A DNA stretch of 30,582 nucleotides, taken from the IMG/VR virus record IMGVR_UViG_3300030107_003216, positions 62,001 to 92,582 of that record. One strand, given 5' to 3'. Positions 8,762-16,670 of the stretch are shown in pieces. Position 1 is the first letter of the stretch. Every line of letters starts with the position of its first letter. The position numbers were made by a program, and so were the translations under genes. Source of the stretch: an uncultured virus (IMG/VR IMGVR_UViG_3300030107_003216). Taxonomy: Duplodnaviria; Heunggongvirae; Uroviricota; Caudoviricetes. The notes under the pieces were generated by a model. The model saw only the letters and a list, made by a program, of their open reading frames with translations, made no database searches and had not been told where the DNA came from.

Positions 8762-8780
8762 CCCTATATTAAGGAGGACA
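8762..8780 (-). promoter_or_regulatory. Putative TATA-type promoter, copy 1
   Basis: TGTCCTCCTTAATATAGGG is identical at 15069-15087; it lies 25 nt upstream of the Ubl ATG. Confidence 0.7.
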
Positions 8781-8936
8781 TTCAACCTCATTGAAGTCAT
8801 GCCAAAATCGGCTGGCGGTGTCCGTCGCCTTCTGTTTTGTGATGTGCGTTCCTCTATTAACATTTAATAGAATAAGCCAATCAGCAATTTGCTCAATTGT
8901 ATCACCATTACTCAACATAATGTGTAATTCACTCAT
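8769..8936 (-). CDS. Small hypothetical protein (55 aa)
   Basis: Manual translation MSELHIMLSNGDTIEQIADW...VECPP; fills the gap. Confidence 0.5.
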   Translation of the reverse strand: MSELHIMLSNGDTIEQIADWLILLNVNRGTHITKQKATDTASRFWHDFNEVECPP

Positions 8937-9195
8937 TAATCCCATCATTCATCATCTCCAAATCATCTTTCTCAAATTGTCTTTGTTCTTGTAAATATCC
9001 TGTTAGAAGCATATCCATCTTCTCTTGCATATTCTCAAGAATACCTGCAATTATCTTTCTATTTAGACTAATCCATATTCTATGATATGTATTAATGACA
9101 ACCTTTGGGCCATCATTCTCCGTTTGTGTAATCACAATCGGTGGCATTTCACTTGTATTTATTACTCTAAATTCAACATTTGTTTTCATTTCCAT
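8929..9195 (-). CDS. Hypothetical protein
   Basis: ORF in the minus-strand operon. Confidence 0.7.
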   Translation of the reverse strand: MEMKTNVEFRVINTSEMPPIVITQTENDGPKVVINTYHRIWISLNRKIIAGILENMQEKMDMLLTGYLQEQRQFEKDDLEMMNDGINE

Positions 9196-9499
9196 TTTTA
9201 ATCATCTCCGATTTTATCTCGCTTAATACTAACAGGCGAGTTCTGTCTTTTGTTGTAATCAGTGGCTCAAATTGATTTTCCACTTCATTATCTTCTGTTG
9301 CATTTACAAGCATTGTAGCAACAATTTGTGCTAACTTTTGTGGACTTGCATTCACTAACAGTTTTGTTATTCTTTCCTTTACATCATCGTTGTATTGAAT
9401 AACACTTAGACAATCTAAACAATCCATCTTTGCCATATTGTCTGCATGTTTATCATACACTAAATAGTATAGATTCCCATTACATATTTCACACTTCAT
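9173..9499 (-). CDS. Hypothetical protein with an N-terminal Zn ribbon
   Basis: CEIC...CLDC. Confidence 0.7.
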   Translation of the reverse strand: MKCEICNGNLYYLVYDKHADNMAKMDCLDCLSVIQYNDDVKERITKLLVNASPQKLAQIVATMLVNATEDNEVENQFEPLITTKDRTRLLVLSEIKSEMIKNGNENKC

Positions 9500-9596
9500 T
9501 GGTATTCACCTTATCCTCTAATGCTTGGAAACAACCATAGCAATAATATCTATCTTTGCTAATTGGTTTTTCACAAGCCAAACATCTTTCTTGCAT
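9489..9596 (-). CDS. Zn-ribbon microprotein (35 aa)
   Basis: Manual translation MQERCLACEKPISKDRYYCYGCFQALEDKVNTNEV; GGAGG Shine-Dalgarno upstream. Confidence 0.6.
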   Translation of the reverse strand: MQERCLACEKPISKDRYYCYGCFQALEDKVNTNEV

Positions 9597-9598
9597 TT

Positions 9599-10252
9599 TT
9601 ATTCCTCCTTCATTATATTCATTCTATATTTAGGATTGGTAGCGTTCCATGCCTTTGCCTTAACATTATATTTCTTAGCAAAGTGAAACTTAGGCCACCA
9701 AGCCGGTTGTTCTCGCATTTTCCATTGAGCATTTTTCCATTTGCCTTGAAGATAATAATGACGATAAGATTCAATTACGAATTCCCATTCATCATTAAAT
9801 GTATTTTCTATTCTGTATAAATCATCCATAGTAATAGTTACAGGAGTCAATTCTTTGCAAGGAAAATTATGGTTTCTAAGTAATTTACCATAGTCAGCAA
9901 CATCACTAATTCTGTCATGGGAACCATGACGCTTTTTATATCTAAAAGAAAACTCTTCGCAAAGGGCTTTACCATGTGCTAAAAGCCAATTGAAGTTATC
10001 TAAAGACTCTCTCGCCCAAATAGTCGAAGGATGATTCAGCATAGCAGGTTTCATCAAATGAGATTTGATTTCTTTGTGAAATGCTTTCAATTCTTTTAGT
10101 GATGGTTCAGAATTAAACTCTGAAACATAATACATATACAAGATATTAGTATGTAACATTTGACAACTTTCCGTTGGCATTTTTACAACATGATTGTTTA
10201 TCATTTGTTGTGCCGCTTCTCTTGGACATTCCGATAATGCAAATATATTCAT
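9599..10252 (-). CDS. Pyrimidine-dimer DNA glycosylase / endonuclease V-like family protein
   Basis: MNIFAL..CP..AAQ...HVVKM..ESCQML, NHPSTIWARES..NF.WL, LCEEFSFRY...H, ESYRHYY. Confidence 0.85.
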   Translation of the reverse strand: MNIFALSECPREAAQQMINNHVVKMPTESCQMLHTNILYMYYVSEFNSEPSLKELKAFHKEIKSHLMKPAMLNHPSTIWARESLDNFNWLLAHGKALCEEFSFRYKKRHGSHDRISDVADYGKLLRNHNFPCKELTPVTITMDDLYRIENTFNDEWEFVIESYRHYYLQGKWKNAQWKMREQPAWWPKFHFAKKYNVKAKAWNATNPKYRMNIMKEE

Positions 10253-10425
10253 TCCTCTTCACCTCTAAACTCATTTATCCATTCTTCAATCCATTCATAG
10301 TCGTCTTTATGTTCGGCAACAAAGAAAGACATTTCTTGGGCGCAATCCCCAAGTATGCCATGTTCAGCACAAAACTCCAAGTATTCTATTCTGCTTAAAT
10401 TACTAATTAAATCATGTAATGTCAT
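10249..10425 (-). CDS. Small hypothetical protein (58 aa)
   Basis: Manual translation MTLHDLISNLSRIEYLEFC...; ATGA overlaps on both sides. Confidence 0.6.
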   Translation of the reverse strand: MTLHDLISNLSRIEYLEFCAEHGILGDCAQEMSFFVAEHKDDYEWIEEWINEFRGEEE

Positions 10426-10598
10426 TCTTCACCAACTCCTTCAAAGGACACTAATAAAGTCATAGCGGTATCTCTCGCACCTTCAATATTCCCTTCATCA
10501 ATTTGTTTGACAATGAGAGCAGTGAAAGACACTAAGAGTTTTCTGTGTCTATTCCATTCTTTTTCAAGACGGGCGGCCAAATCATGTACTTTACTCAT
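10422..10598 (-). CDS. Small hypothetical protein (58 aa)
   Basis: Manual translation MSKVHDLAARLEKEW...; GGAGG Shine-Dalgarno and ATGA overlap. Confidence 0.6.
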   Translation of the reverse strand: MSKVHDLAARLEKEWNRHRKLLVSFTALIVKQIDEGNIEGARDTAMTLLVSFEGVGEE

Positions 10599-10717
10599 TT
10601 TTCTGCCTCCGTTAAATCTAATCCTAATGTTTTATACAACCAATCAACGAATCCTTCATCATTCATATTTTGTTGTACGCATTCTATACATTCTATTGCT
10701 TTTTTATAATGGCTCAT

Positions 10718-10957
10718 TTAATCACCTTCTTTATTCCACCTTATTATCGGGGCAGGTAGCCCATTATTGTTATATTTAGATAATGCCTCATCTTTACAAC
10801 CGTCACAGAGTCGCAATAACACCTTAGATAATTCGTCTAAGTCTAATGACTTAACTTCTATCTGCATGTAATTAGTTGCGCTTAGAGCGCATATATCACA
10901 TTTAGGTGGTGGACTCTGTGACGGTCTTTGAAAAGAGCGTAACAGTTTTCTAATCAT
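10718..10957 (-). CDS. Zn-finger microprotein
   Basis: CDIC...LCDGC. Confidence 0.65.
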   Translation of the reverse strand: MIRKLLRSFQRPSQSPPPKCDICALSATNYMQIEVKSLDLDELSKVLLRLCDGCKDEALSKYNNNGLPAPIIRWNKEGD

Positions 10958-12269
10958 CTTGTTGCCTCTTCAATCTATTAATTTCCCAACTTGCTTGACG
11001 CTTAGTTAGTTTATCGAAATCATCTTCATAACCTAAGTCTTTGAGATAAGCGATTTGCTTTTCTGTCGCTGAATCTTGGTCTAAGATTTTTCTTAGTTTC
11101 TGTAATTGTCCGTTTGACAATTCTCTTTCTTCAGTTAGTTTCATCTTAATGTCAGCCAAGAAGTTAGTTTCCCAAGCATTAGAAGCAAAGGACTCATTGA
11201 AGTTAGGAATACCGTAATATCCACACATATTCTCAAATGTGTCGTTATTTGCACTCAAGAATCGAGCATTTTCGACTGCTCTAATTCTTTCTCTTTCTGC
11301 CTGTTTTTTAGCCTCTTCTTCTCGCTTCTTCTTCATTTTTAATCTATGAATTTCTTGAGCCGCTTCTCTTGCTGGTCTATCTCTTTCCCACTGTTCTTTA
11401 CGAAGTCTTTCTCTTTCACGCTGTTCAGCCTGTCTGCGTTCTCTTTGGACTCTCATTCTTTCTTTATGCTCAATTACCGCTTGCTTTCGTTCTTCTATCT
11501 CAGTCTTATATTTCTCATATTCAGCAATCTTCTGATTAGACATAACGAATAGATAAGACAAGTCACGCATCAAAAGGTCATTTGGATAGCCTCTTGTTGT
11601 TTGTTGATTCTTAGGATTATCAGGATGATTCCATCTCCAAACCACTGAAGCCATTTTGAAAAAGCGAGTACCGAATTCACCACTACCAACCTTTCTAATC
11701 TTAGTTACATAACGGTATCTTTCAGTTTCATTACACCAATAGGTATTATTGGTAGTATGAACATTAAAGTGCAAATCAATTTCCTTGACTTTGTTAAACA
11801 TCATCTTAAACGATTCACCGTTTTCAGCCCACCATGCTTCTGCTTTCATAGAAGCCACACGAACATTAATCCATTCTTGGATTTGTGCATCAGTAATTGC
11901 ATCAATAGGGATTCCCTTATCTTCAGCAATTGACTTCATAATCAAATAAGTATTGATATGGTCTGAACCTACACACTCAATAACGCCATTTTCAGTATTA
12001 ACTATCTCAAAATGATATACAACCGGATGGCCACAAAGACATTTACCACGGCCCATTTGAGAATTAGTTACCCAAGCAGGGGCCGCATCAGCATTACCCC
12101 ACCAAACTTGTCCTGTGGCAATCCACTCTTCTTTGGCTTCTTCATAATTATCAGCATTAGATAATTCAGTTAGTCTGCGCTTTAGGACTTTATCCCATCT
12201 GCCGTTTCCTAATTTTCTTTTAGCCACTAATGTTTCTGCCATTTCACTCACCATCTCTGTATTTAGCAT
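10950..12269 (-). CDS. Hypothetical protein: Zn-binding domain, coiled coil and small C-terminal helical domain; start may be near 12254-12242
   Basis: CLCGHPVVYHFEIVNTENG...VGSDHI; charged coiled coil; ATEKQIAYLKDLG...LTKRQASWEI. Confidence 0.75.
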   Translation of the reverse strand: MLNTEMVSEMAETLVAKRKLGNGRWDKVLKRRLTELSNADNYEEAKEEWIATGQVWWGNADAAPAWVTNSQMGRGKCLCGHPVVYHFEIVNTENGVIECVGSDHINTYLIMKSIAEDKGIPIDAITDAQIQEWINVRVASMKAEAWWAENGESFKMMFNKVKEIDLHFNVHTTNNTYWCNETERYRYVTKIRKVGSGEFGTRFFKMASVVWRWNHPDNPKNQQTTRGYPNDLLMRDLSYLFVMSNQKIAEYEKYKTEIEERKQAVIEHKERMRVQRERRQAEQRERERLRKEQWERDRPAREAAQEIHRLKMKKKREEEAKKQAERERIRAVENARFLSANNDTFENMCGYYGIPNFNESFASNAWETNFLADIKMKLTEERELSNGQLQKLRKILDQDSATEKQIAYLKDLGYEDDFDKLTKRQASWEINRLKRQQDD

Positions 12270-12489
12270 AAGCCATATCTTCTGCTTGTGCTATCAAAGC
12301 ATCTCTATCAACCCATTCAAATAGGTCTTTCGCTATTCTCATAACTTCTTCTTTAACAAAATCAACTGCATCTTGTGGACTATTAACCAAGTCCTCTAAG
12401 AAATCAGACAATTCTGCCTGTGTCATGTGGTCGCTCAGTAGGTCAAATGTGGTGTCGTATTCGCACCATTCTAATATTTCTTCTAACAT
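12244..12489 (-). CDS. Acidic hypothetical protein
   Basis: ORF preceded by a GAGGTGA Shine-Dalgarno. Confidence 0.7.
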   Translation of the reverse strand: MLEEILEWCEYDTTFDLLSDHMTQAELSDFLEDLVNSPQDAVDFVKEEVMRIAKDLFEWVDRDALIAQAEDMAYAKYRDGE

Positions 12490-12498
12490 TTTATCACC

Positions 12499-13929
12499 TC
12501 AGTTAATCTGCGGTTTAGGGCCGCAATAGAATAAGTTTTTCTTTGCTCTTGTAATTGCTACATAGCAAATGTTGTTTTCTTCGCTACCGCCCTTTGGATG
12601 AGGCATTCTTTCAGTAGCAAGAATATAGACATTATCTGCTTCAAGACCCTTAGCCTTGTGAACAGTGGAAAGCATAATCTCTCCTTCGTCATTGTTATCG
12701 AATACTCTTTTAATTTCAGAGATAATTCCACCAACGGTGGTAGCCTTGTCTGTGAAGATAGCGATACATTCTTTCTTATCTTCAAGAGCAAGTGCTTGAT
12801 TAACCTTATCTTGGCTAATCAACTTAGCATGGTTGAATTCAAAGTCAGCCATAAATAACTGCCAGAATTCTTCTGTACCCATGTGGTTGTTGCTTGTAAT
12901 CTTCTTAACTGCATTAACTAATCCAGCCGTCATATCACGGCCAAGAATATATGCTGATTTACCTTGACTAATCAAATCGTAAAATGCACTAACTAATGGT
13001 GCATTATATCGGCACAATACCATATCGTTTCGTAGTGGTGTAAATGCCGCACGAACAATTACATTTCCTTCGGGTGCATCCTCATGTGCATGATAATCTG
13101 CAACATATCGGTTTGCTTCAGAAACAACCGATTTAGGACAACGCCATGTAGTAGTTAGTGGGAAATGGCTTATTTCTCTTGAACCATTTCTAAGACGCTT
13201 CTCAAACATACCAATTGAGTTTGAATCAGCCCCACGGAATCCGTAAATTGCTTGGTTTTTATCACCGACAATAATACATCGGCCACCATTTACACATCTT
13301 GAAATCAATTCTCTTTGGACTTCATTGAAATCCTGTGCTTCATCAACGAACATAATATCGTAGTGTGGCAAAGGATAGTTATTTACAATTGGCATCCAAA
13401 CCATATCATCAAAATCAATCATATGAGTTTGAGTTTGGCACATCTGAAGAATGGTTGGCATTATTTGAATTGCCTGTTGTTCTTCTCTTTCTGATTGAAA
13501 CTGAATATTGTATTCATCAATCAAACCACGAATTGCAGTTACATTGTTTCCTTCAACCATAGCACCTTTTACAAGTGATACTAACTTCTTTAGTGGTGTA
13601 ACATAATAGTCAGCACCTAATACTTCTTTAATGATGTTATTTACCTTGTAATTATTTACTTTAGTTCTAATACCAGCATTTCTAATTGCTGCAAATCCAA
13701 ACGCATGGAAAGTCTTTGCTTCAACATTTTCTGGCAGTTTCTTTGCTAATTCAGTTGCAATAGATTTGTTAAATGCCAAGAAAGCACAATCCTTGTCTTG
13801 TACTCTATTTGCACCTTCAACAATTGTAAAGGTCTTGCCTGTTCCTGCACCAGCATTAACAAACACATGACCCTCTGTGTTCTGTATAGCGTTCCAAATC
13901 GCTTCTTGTTCTTTTGTTCCTTTTATCAT
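12499..13929 (-). CDS. SF1A UvrD/Rep-family DNA helicase
   Basis: AGAGTGKT, VDEAQD, VGDKNQAIYGFRGA, WRCP, STVHKAKGLE, YVAITRAK. Confidence 0.95.
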   Translation of the reverse strand: MIKGTKEQEAIWNAIQNTEGHVFVNAGAGTGKTFTIVEGANRVQDKDCAFLAFNKSIATELAKKLPENVEAKTFHAFGFAAIRNAGIRTKVNNYKVNNIIKEVLGADYYVTPLKKLVSLVKGAMVEGNNVTAIRGLIDEYNIQFQSEREEQQAIQIMPTILQMCQTQTHMIDFDDMVWMPIVNNYPLPHYDIMFVDEAQDFNEVQRELISRCVNGGRCIIVGDKNQAIYGFRGADSNSIGMFEKRLRNGSREISHFPLTTTWRCPKSVVSEANRYVADYHAHEDAPEGNVIVRAAFTPLRNDMVLCRYNAPLVSAFYDLISQGKSAYILGRDMTAGLVNAVKKITSNNHMGTEEFWQLFMADFEFNHAKLISQDKVNQALALEDKKECIAIFTDKATTVGGIISEIKRVFDNNDEGEIMLSTVHKAKGLEADNVYILATERMPHPKGGSEENNICYVAITRAKKNLFYCGPKPQIN

Positions 13930-14019
13930 TTTTATTCCTCCTTATTGTTATTTATAGGGAATGTGAAAAGTCCGATTTTCTCAGACGGTGAAATTGTGTA
14001 AAAATTTACACTGTGAATG

Positions 14020-14181
14020 TGGCGGGCTATGCAGGATTTGAACCTGCGACCAACGGATGTCTTTTGGGGAAATAACTGTGTAAAGATAAAAAAACACATT
14101 ACCGAAAGGAGGTGATATGTTATTATTACTCGGCAAACCCCATTAAAAGCCCGTTGCGCTACCTGACTGCGCCAATAGCCC
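14020..14181 (-). tRNA. tRNA-Lys(UUU) with an 85-nt BHB intron at position 37/38 (14059-14143) and encoded CCA
   Basis: Acceptor GGGCTAT/ATAGCCC-G-CCA, D stem GCGC/GCGC, anticodon stem ACGGG/TCCGT, T arm GCAGG-TTCAAAT-CCTGC. Canonical BHB: CTTT/AAAG helix with TAA and ACA bulges, outer helix TGGGG/CCCCA. Confidence 0.93.
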
Positions 14182-14186
14182 AAGGA

Positions 14187-14412
14187 TAGGTTTAGGGAGA
14201 ACTGTAAATTATGTCTAATTTACTTAACTTCGTTAGTTGCGCCTGTTCTGCAACCTAAACCTAAAATGAGAAGCATTGTTTGTTGTTGGTGGAATTGCTC
14301 ACGCATTCCCGCTTACTCAATCTATCCCCCCCGTACAGTATAGGTTCGCCGGTCACCCCTGCCTCGACTTCATAATCCATATGAAAAGAAATCCTAAACA
14401 ATTCACCAACAA
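14187..14412. ncRNA. Two closed stem-loop domains, putative small structured RNAs
   Basis: Inverted repeats 14187-14196/14254-14263 (perfect 10 bp, with inner hairpins) and 14283-14297/14399-14412; no ORF. Confidence 0.45.
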
Positions 14413-14438
14413 GAATTTTGACTTTAGAATTAAGTCAT

Positions 14439-14481
14439 AAAGAAAGAAAGCCTCCCATTTCCCCGAAGAGAGATGGGAGGC
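14439..14481 (-). terminator. Hairpin plus pyrimidine tract downstream of the 14541 gene
   Basis: GCCTCCCAT/ATGGGAGGC stem followed on the minus strand by TTTCTTTCTTT. Confidence 0.6.
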
Positions 14482-14540
14482 AAATTCACCGACGATTTTA
14501 TCTCACTGTCATCGGTGTACGCATGAAAAAGTTGATACTA

Positions 14541-15029
14541 TCATTCTTCTTCATCAGATGGTGTTAGGCTTTCCAAAAGGCCATCCCAAGCACCTGTCGA
14601 ATACAACTTTTGCAGTTTTGCTCGCTCTCGCTTCATAACTACATTTGCATATTCTTCTGCATTTTCATACTGTCCTCCACCGGACTTAGTGTGCTTTAGA
14701 GTAATTACACTCATAATTGGGTGGTGGTTGTAGTAATTAGTTGCGGCTTCTGTAACCAATCCACAAATCTTGTCAATTGATACTCTAACTGCGGCTGGCA
14801 CATTTGATTTTGTTCCTCTTCTGCCGAAAGGTGAACCTTCTCTGCCTTTTAGGATAGCCTTTAGTGCTTTTTCACAAGGTTCTCTCTCTTCAGCATTTGC
14901 GGTTCCAATCTGCAAATTTAATTCAACGATTTGTCGTACACCTGCCGGTAGTGCGTCAGTTGCGACATACTCGTTGACCTCTGCAACCAATCCATTCCAT
15001 GTTTCTTCATCCATATTTTTCATCTCCAT
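14541..15029 (-). CDS. Hypothetical protein, paralogue family member 1 (start taken at MEMKNM)
   Basis: Shares RRG..S..P, H.[KR]SGG..Y and WDG with 16671-17195; the longer ORF start would overlap the promoter. Confidence 0.75.
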   Translation of the reverse strand: MEMKNMDEETWNGLVAEVNEYVATDALPAGVRQIVELNLQIGTANAEEREPCEKALKAILKGREGSPFGRRGTKSNVPAAVRVSIDKICGLVTEAATNYYNHHPIMSVITLKHTKSGGGQYENAEEYANVVMKRERAKLQKLYSTGAWDGLLESLTPSDEEE

Positions 15030-15068
15030 TTTTACGGGCCTCTCTCGGCCAAAATAGCACCACTCCGG

Positions 15069-15087
15069 CCCTATATTAAGGAGGACA
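15069..15087 (-). promoter_or_regulatory. Putative TATA-type promoter, copy 2, at the head of the left arm
   Basis: 19-bp identity with 8762-8780. Confidence 0.7.
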
Positions 15088-15199
15088 ATTACCAAAATTT
15101 TGCTTATTTTCTAATCGCTATGCGGGTGAGTATTTTTCCATTTTTTCACTAAATCAAACAAACAAGTTAATCCATTTTCGCCCATGTTAAGGTCAATGA

Positions 15200-15620
15200 A
15201 AGATAACTATTATTCTCACGATTGTTCGCATTTTGAGAAATATAGGTTGTGCAACACAACCCTATCAAAACACATCGAAACCTGCAAAAACAATACTTCT
15301 CTTCTCTTCTCATGGGGGGTGTCTTTTTTCATTTATTCTGTGGGGCATAAGTCCTCTATAATGATAGGGTTATGTAAGACCACTGAAAAAAGGCCTTCCC
15401 CCCATGAGAAATGAGAAATATGAGAAATATAAAAATAATAAATAATTTATGTTACACAACCCTTCCGTTTTGGCCTCGATTCTTCTCTTCTCATTCTTGA
15501 GAAACAATGAGAAGTATTGAACACTTCACCATTATATTGTATAATATTATTATTCATATAAGGTCAATTGAAGATAAGAGTAACAAATTGTTATTCTATT
15601 ATAGGACATATTTGTTGTAT
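15200..15620. repeat. AT-rich region with TGAGAA iterons and a 13-bp inverted repeat (origin-like or terminus-like)
   Basis: TTCTCATGGGGGG 15307-15319 / CCCCCCATGAGAA 15398-15410; about nine TGAGAA/TTCTCA copies; located at the strand switch. Confidence 0.6.
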
Positions 15621-15701
15621 AATTTTGTTCTGTGTTTATAGTCGAATTAGGTATGAGTCGCTTTGTGATGAAAACCCTGTACCAAATCGGAGAGTGAAGT
15701 T

Positions 15702-16439
15702 ATGGGCATAACATACACACGCACTATGACCTTCACTTACGAGGGTGACATAAACCATACGCAAGAAGCAAAGTTAGCAAAAGACCTTCAAGACAAGGGC
15801 TTGACACTATTTGCCAGATTTGGGCCAATACAGGAGTACGGCTTCAAAGAAGTGACTGAAGAAAGAACAGTTTGGGAAATACGACAATCAGACCCTAACG
15901 GTGACACACTAATGAGATGCAAGTGGAGAAGCGATGCACAGAAAGCATATGACGCATTCCACACTTTAGTTGATATTGAATTGGTTACTATTGAAACAAC
16001 CTCCACTTCTCAGCAGTGGGTTTCTGCTCAAGGTGCTTGGCTTCACTTTTCAGACGACCTATTGGATAAGTTAAGAGGCGATAAGGACATTTACAAGGGC
16101 AACCTATTGTACCACATGGAAAACGATGAGGATAACCACATTGTAATGCGACCATCATTAGTTTTGGACACCTATGGAAAGCATGTCTTAACATTTGAAA
16201 TTACTTGGAGTCCTGAAAAGATTCAGCGTAAAGACGCTATTGAATCCGCTATGGTTGATACTGTATTCAATGACATGGTTACTCTGAAGAAGATTATCGA
16301 AGGCAGACTGAAATTGAAGAAATACGGGATTGATGTTTCAAACCCTGAAGTGGACTGCAATTTCAAGGCTCATACTCTAAATGAGTCTAAGTGTGCGCCA
16401 GACATCATTCAGAATATCAAGGATGGCAAGAAGGGCTGA
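15702..16439 (+). CDS. Hypothetical protein
   Basis: 245-aa ORF with a GAGTGA Shine-Dalgarno and a downstream terminator. Confidence 0.8.
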   Translation: MGITYTRTMTFTYEGDINHTQEAKLAKDLQDKGLTLFARFGPIQEYGFKEVTEERTVWEIRQSDPNGDTLMRCKWRSDAQKAYDAFHTLVDIELVTIETTSTSQQWVSAQGAWLHFSDDLLDKLRGDKDIYKGNLLYHMENDEDNHIVMRPSLVLDTYGKHVLTFEITWSPEKIQRKDAIESAMVDTVFNDMVTLKKIIEGRLKLKKYGIDVSNPEVDCNFKAHTLNESKCAPDIIQNIKDGKKG

Positions 16440-16456
16440 TTCAATATGTCCTCAAA

Positions 16457-16514
16457 AAAACTCTCTAAATCTCAACTTCTTTAGAGGGTTTTCCCTGTAC
16501 GGACAGGGTTTTTT
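16457..16514 (+). terminator. Tandem hairpins plus U-tract
   Basis: AAAACTCTCTAAA/TTTAGAGGGTTTT, then CCCTGT-ACGG-ACAGGG-TTTTTT. Confidence 0.65.
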
Positions 16515-16519
16515 AACTG

Positions 16520-16551
16520 CAAAGCATTACAATACCATATGGTTGGCTTTG
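16520..16551. repeat. Palindromic element 1
   Basis: CAAAG-cattacaat-ACCATATGGT-tgg-CTTTG. Confidence 0.85.
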
Positions 16552-16670
16552 CCGTATAACGAAAACCCTAATGTGTACTCCCTCTTAGAAGGGGCTTGTA
16601 TGAATGCCAGACTTATTCGTATTCATACAAGCCCCGTAAGGGAAAGGCGCAACGGGAGGAATAATTAGCA

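Noticed and set aside
394..10600. Recurrent C-terminal GEEE/GDEE/GEKK tails as a protein motif
   Set aside because: They are explained by the next gene's SD (GGTGA/GGAGG) and ATGA overlap lying within the 3' end of the upstream gene.
13932..14183. 83-aa ORF from the ORF track
   Set aside because: It overlaps the tRNA-Lys gene on the same strand and is spurious.
553..15057. Short plus-strand ORFs in the left arm (and minus-strand ORFs in the right arm)
   Set aside because: They are antisense to tightly coupled genes, have atypical F/S/L-rich composition and lack SD motifs.
15184..15414. 76-aa ORF in the AT-rich switch region
   Set aside because: It has no SD, atypical composition and overlaps the inverted-repeat/iteron structure.
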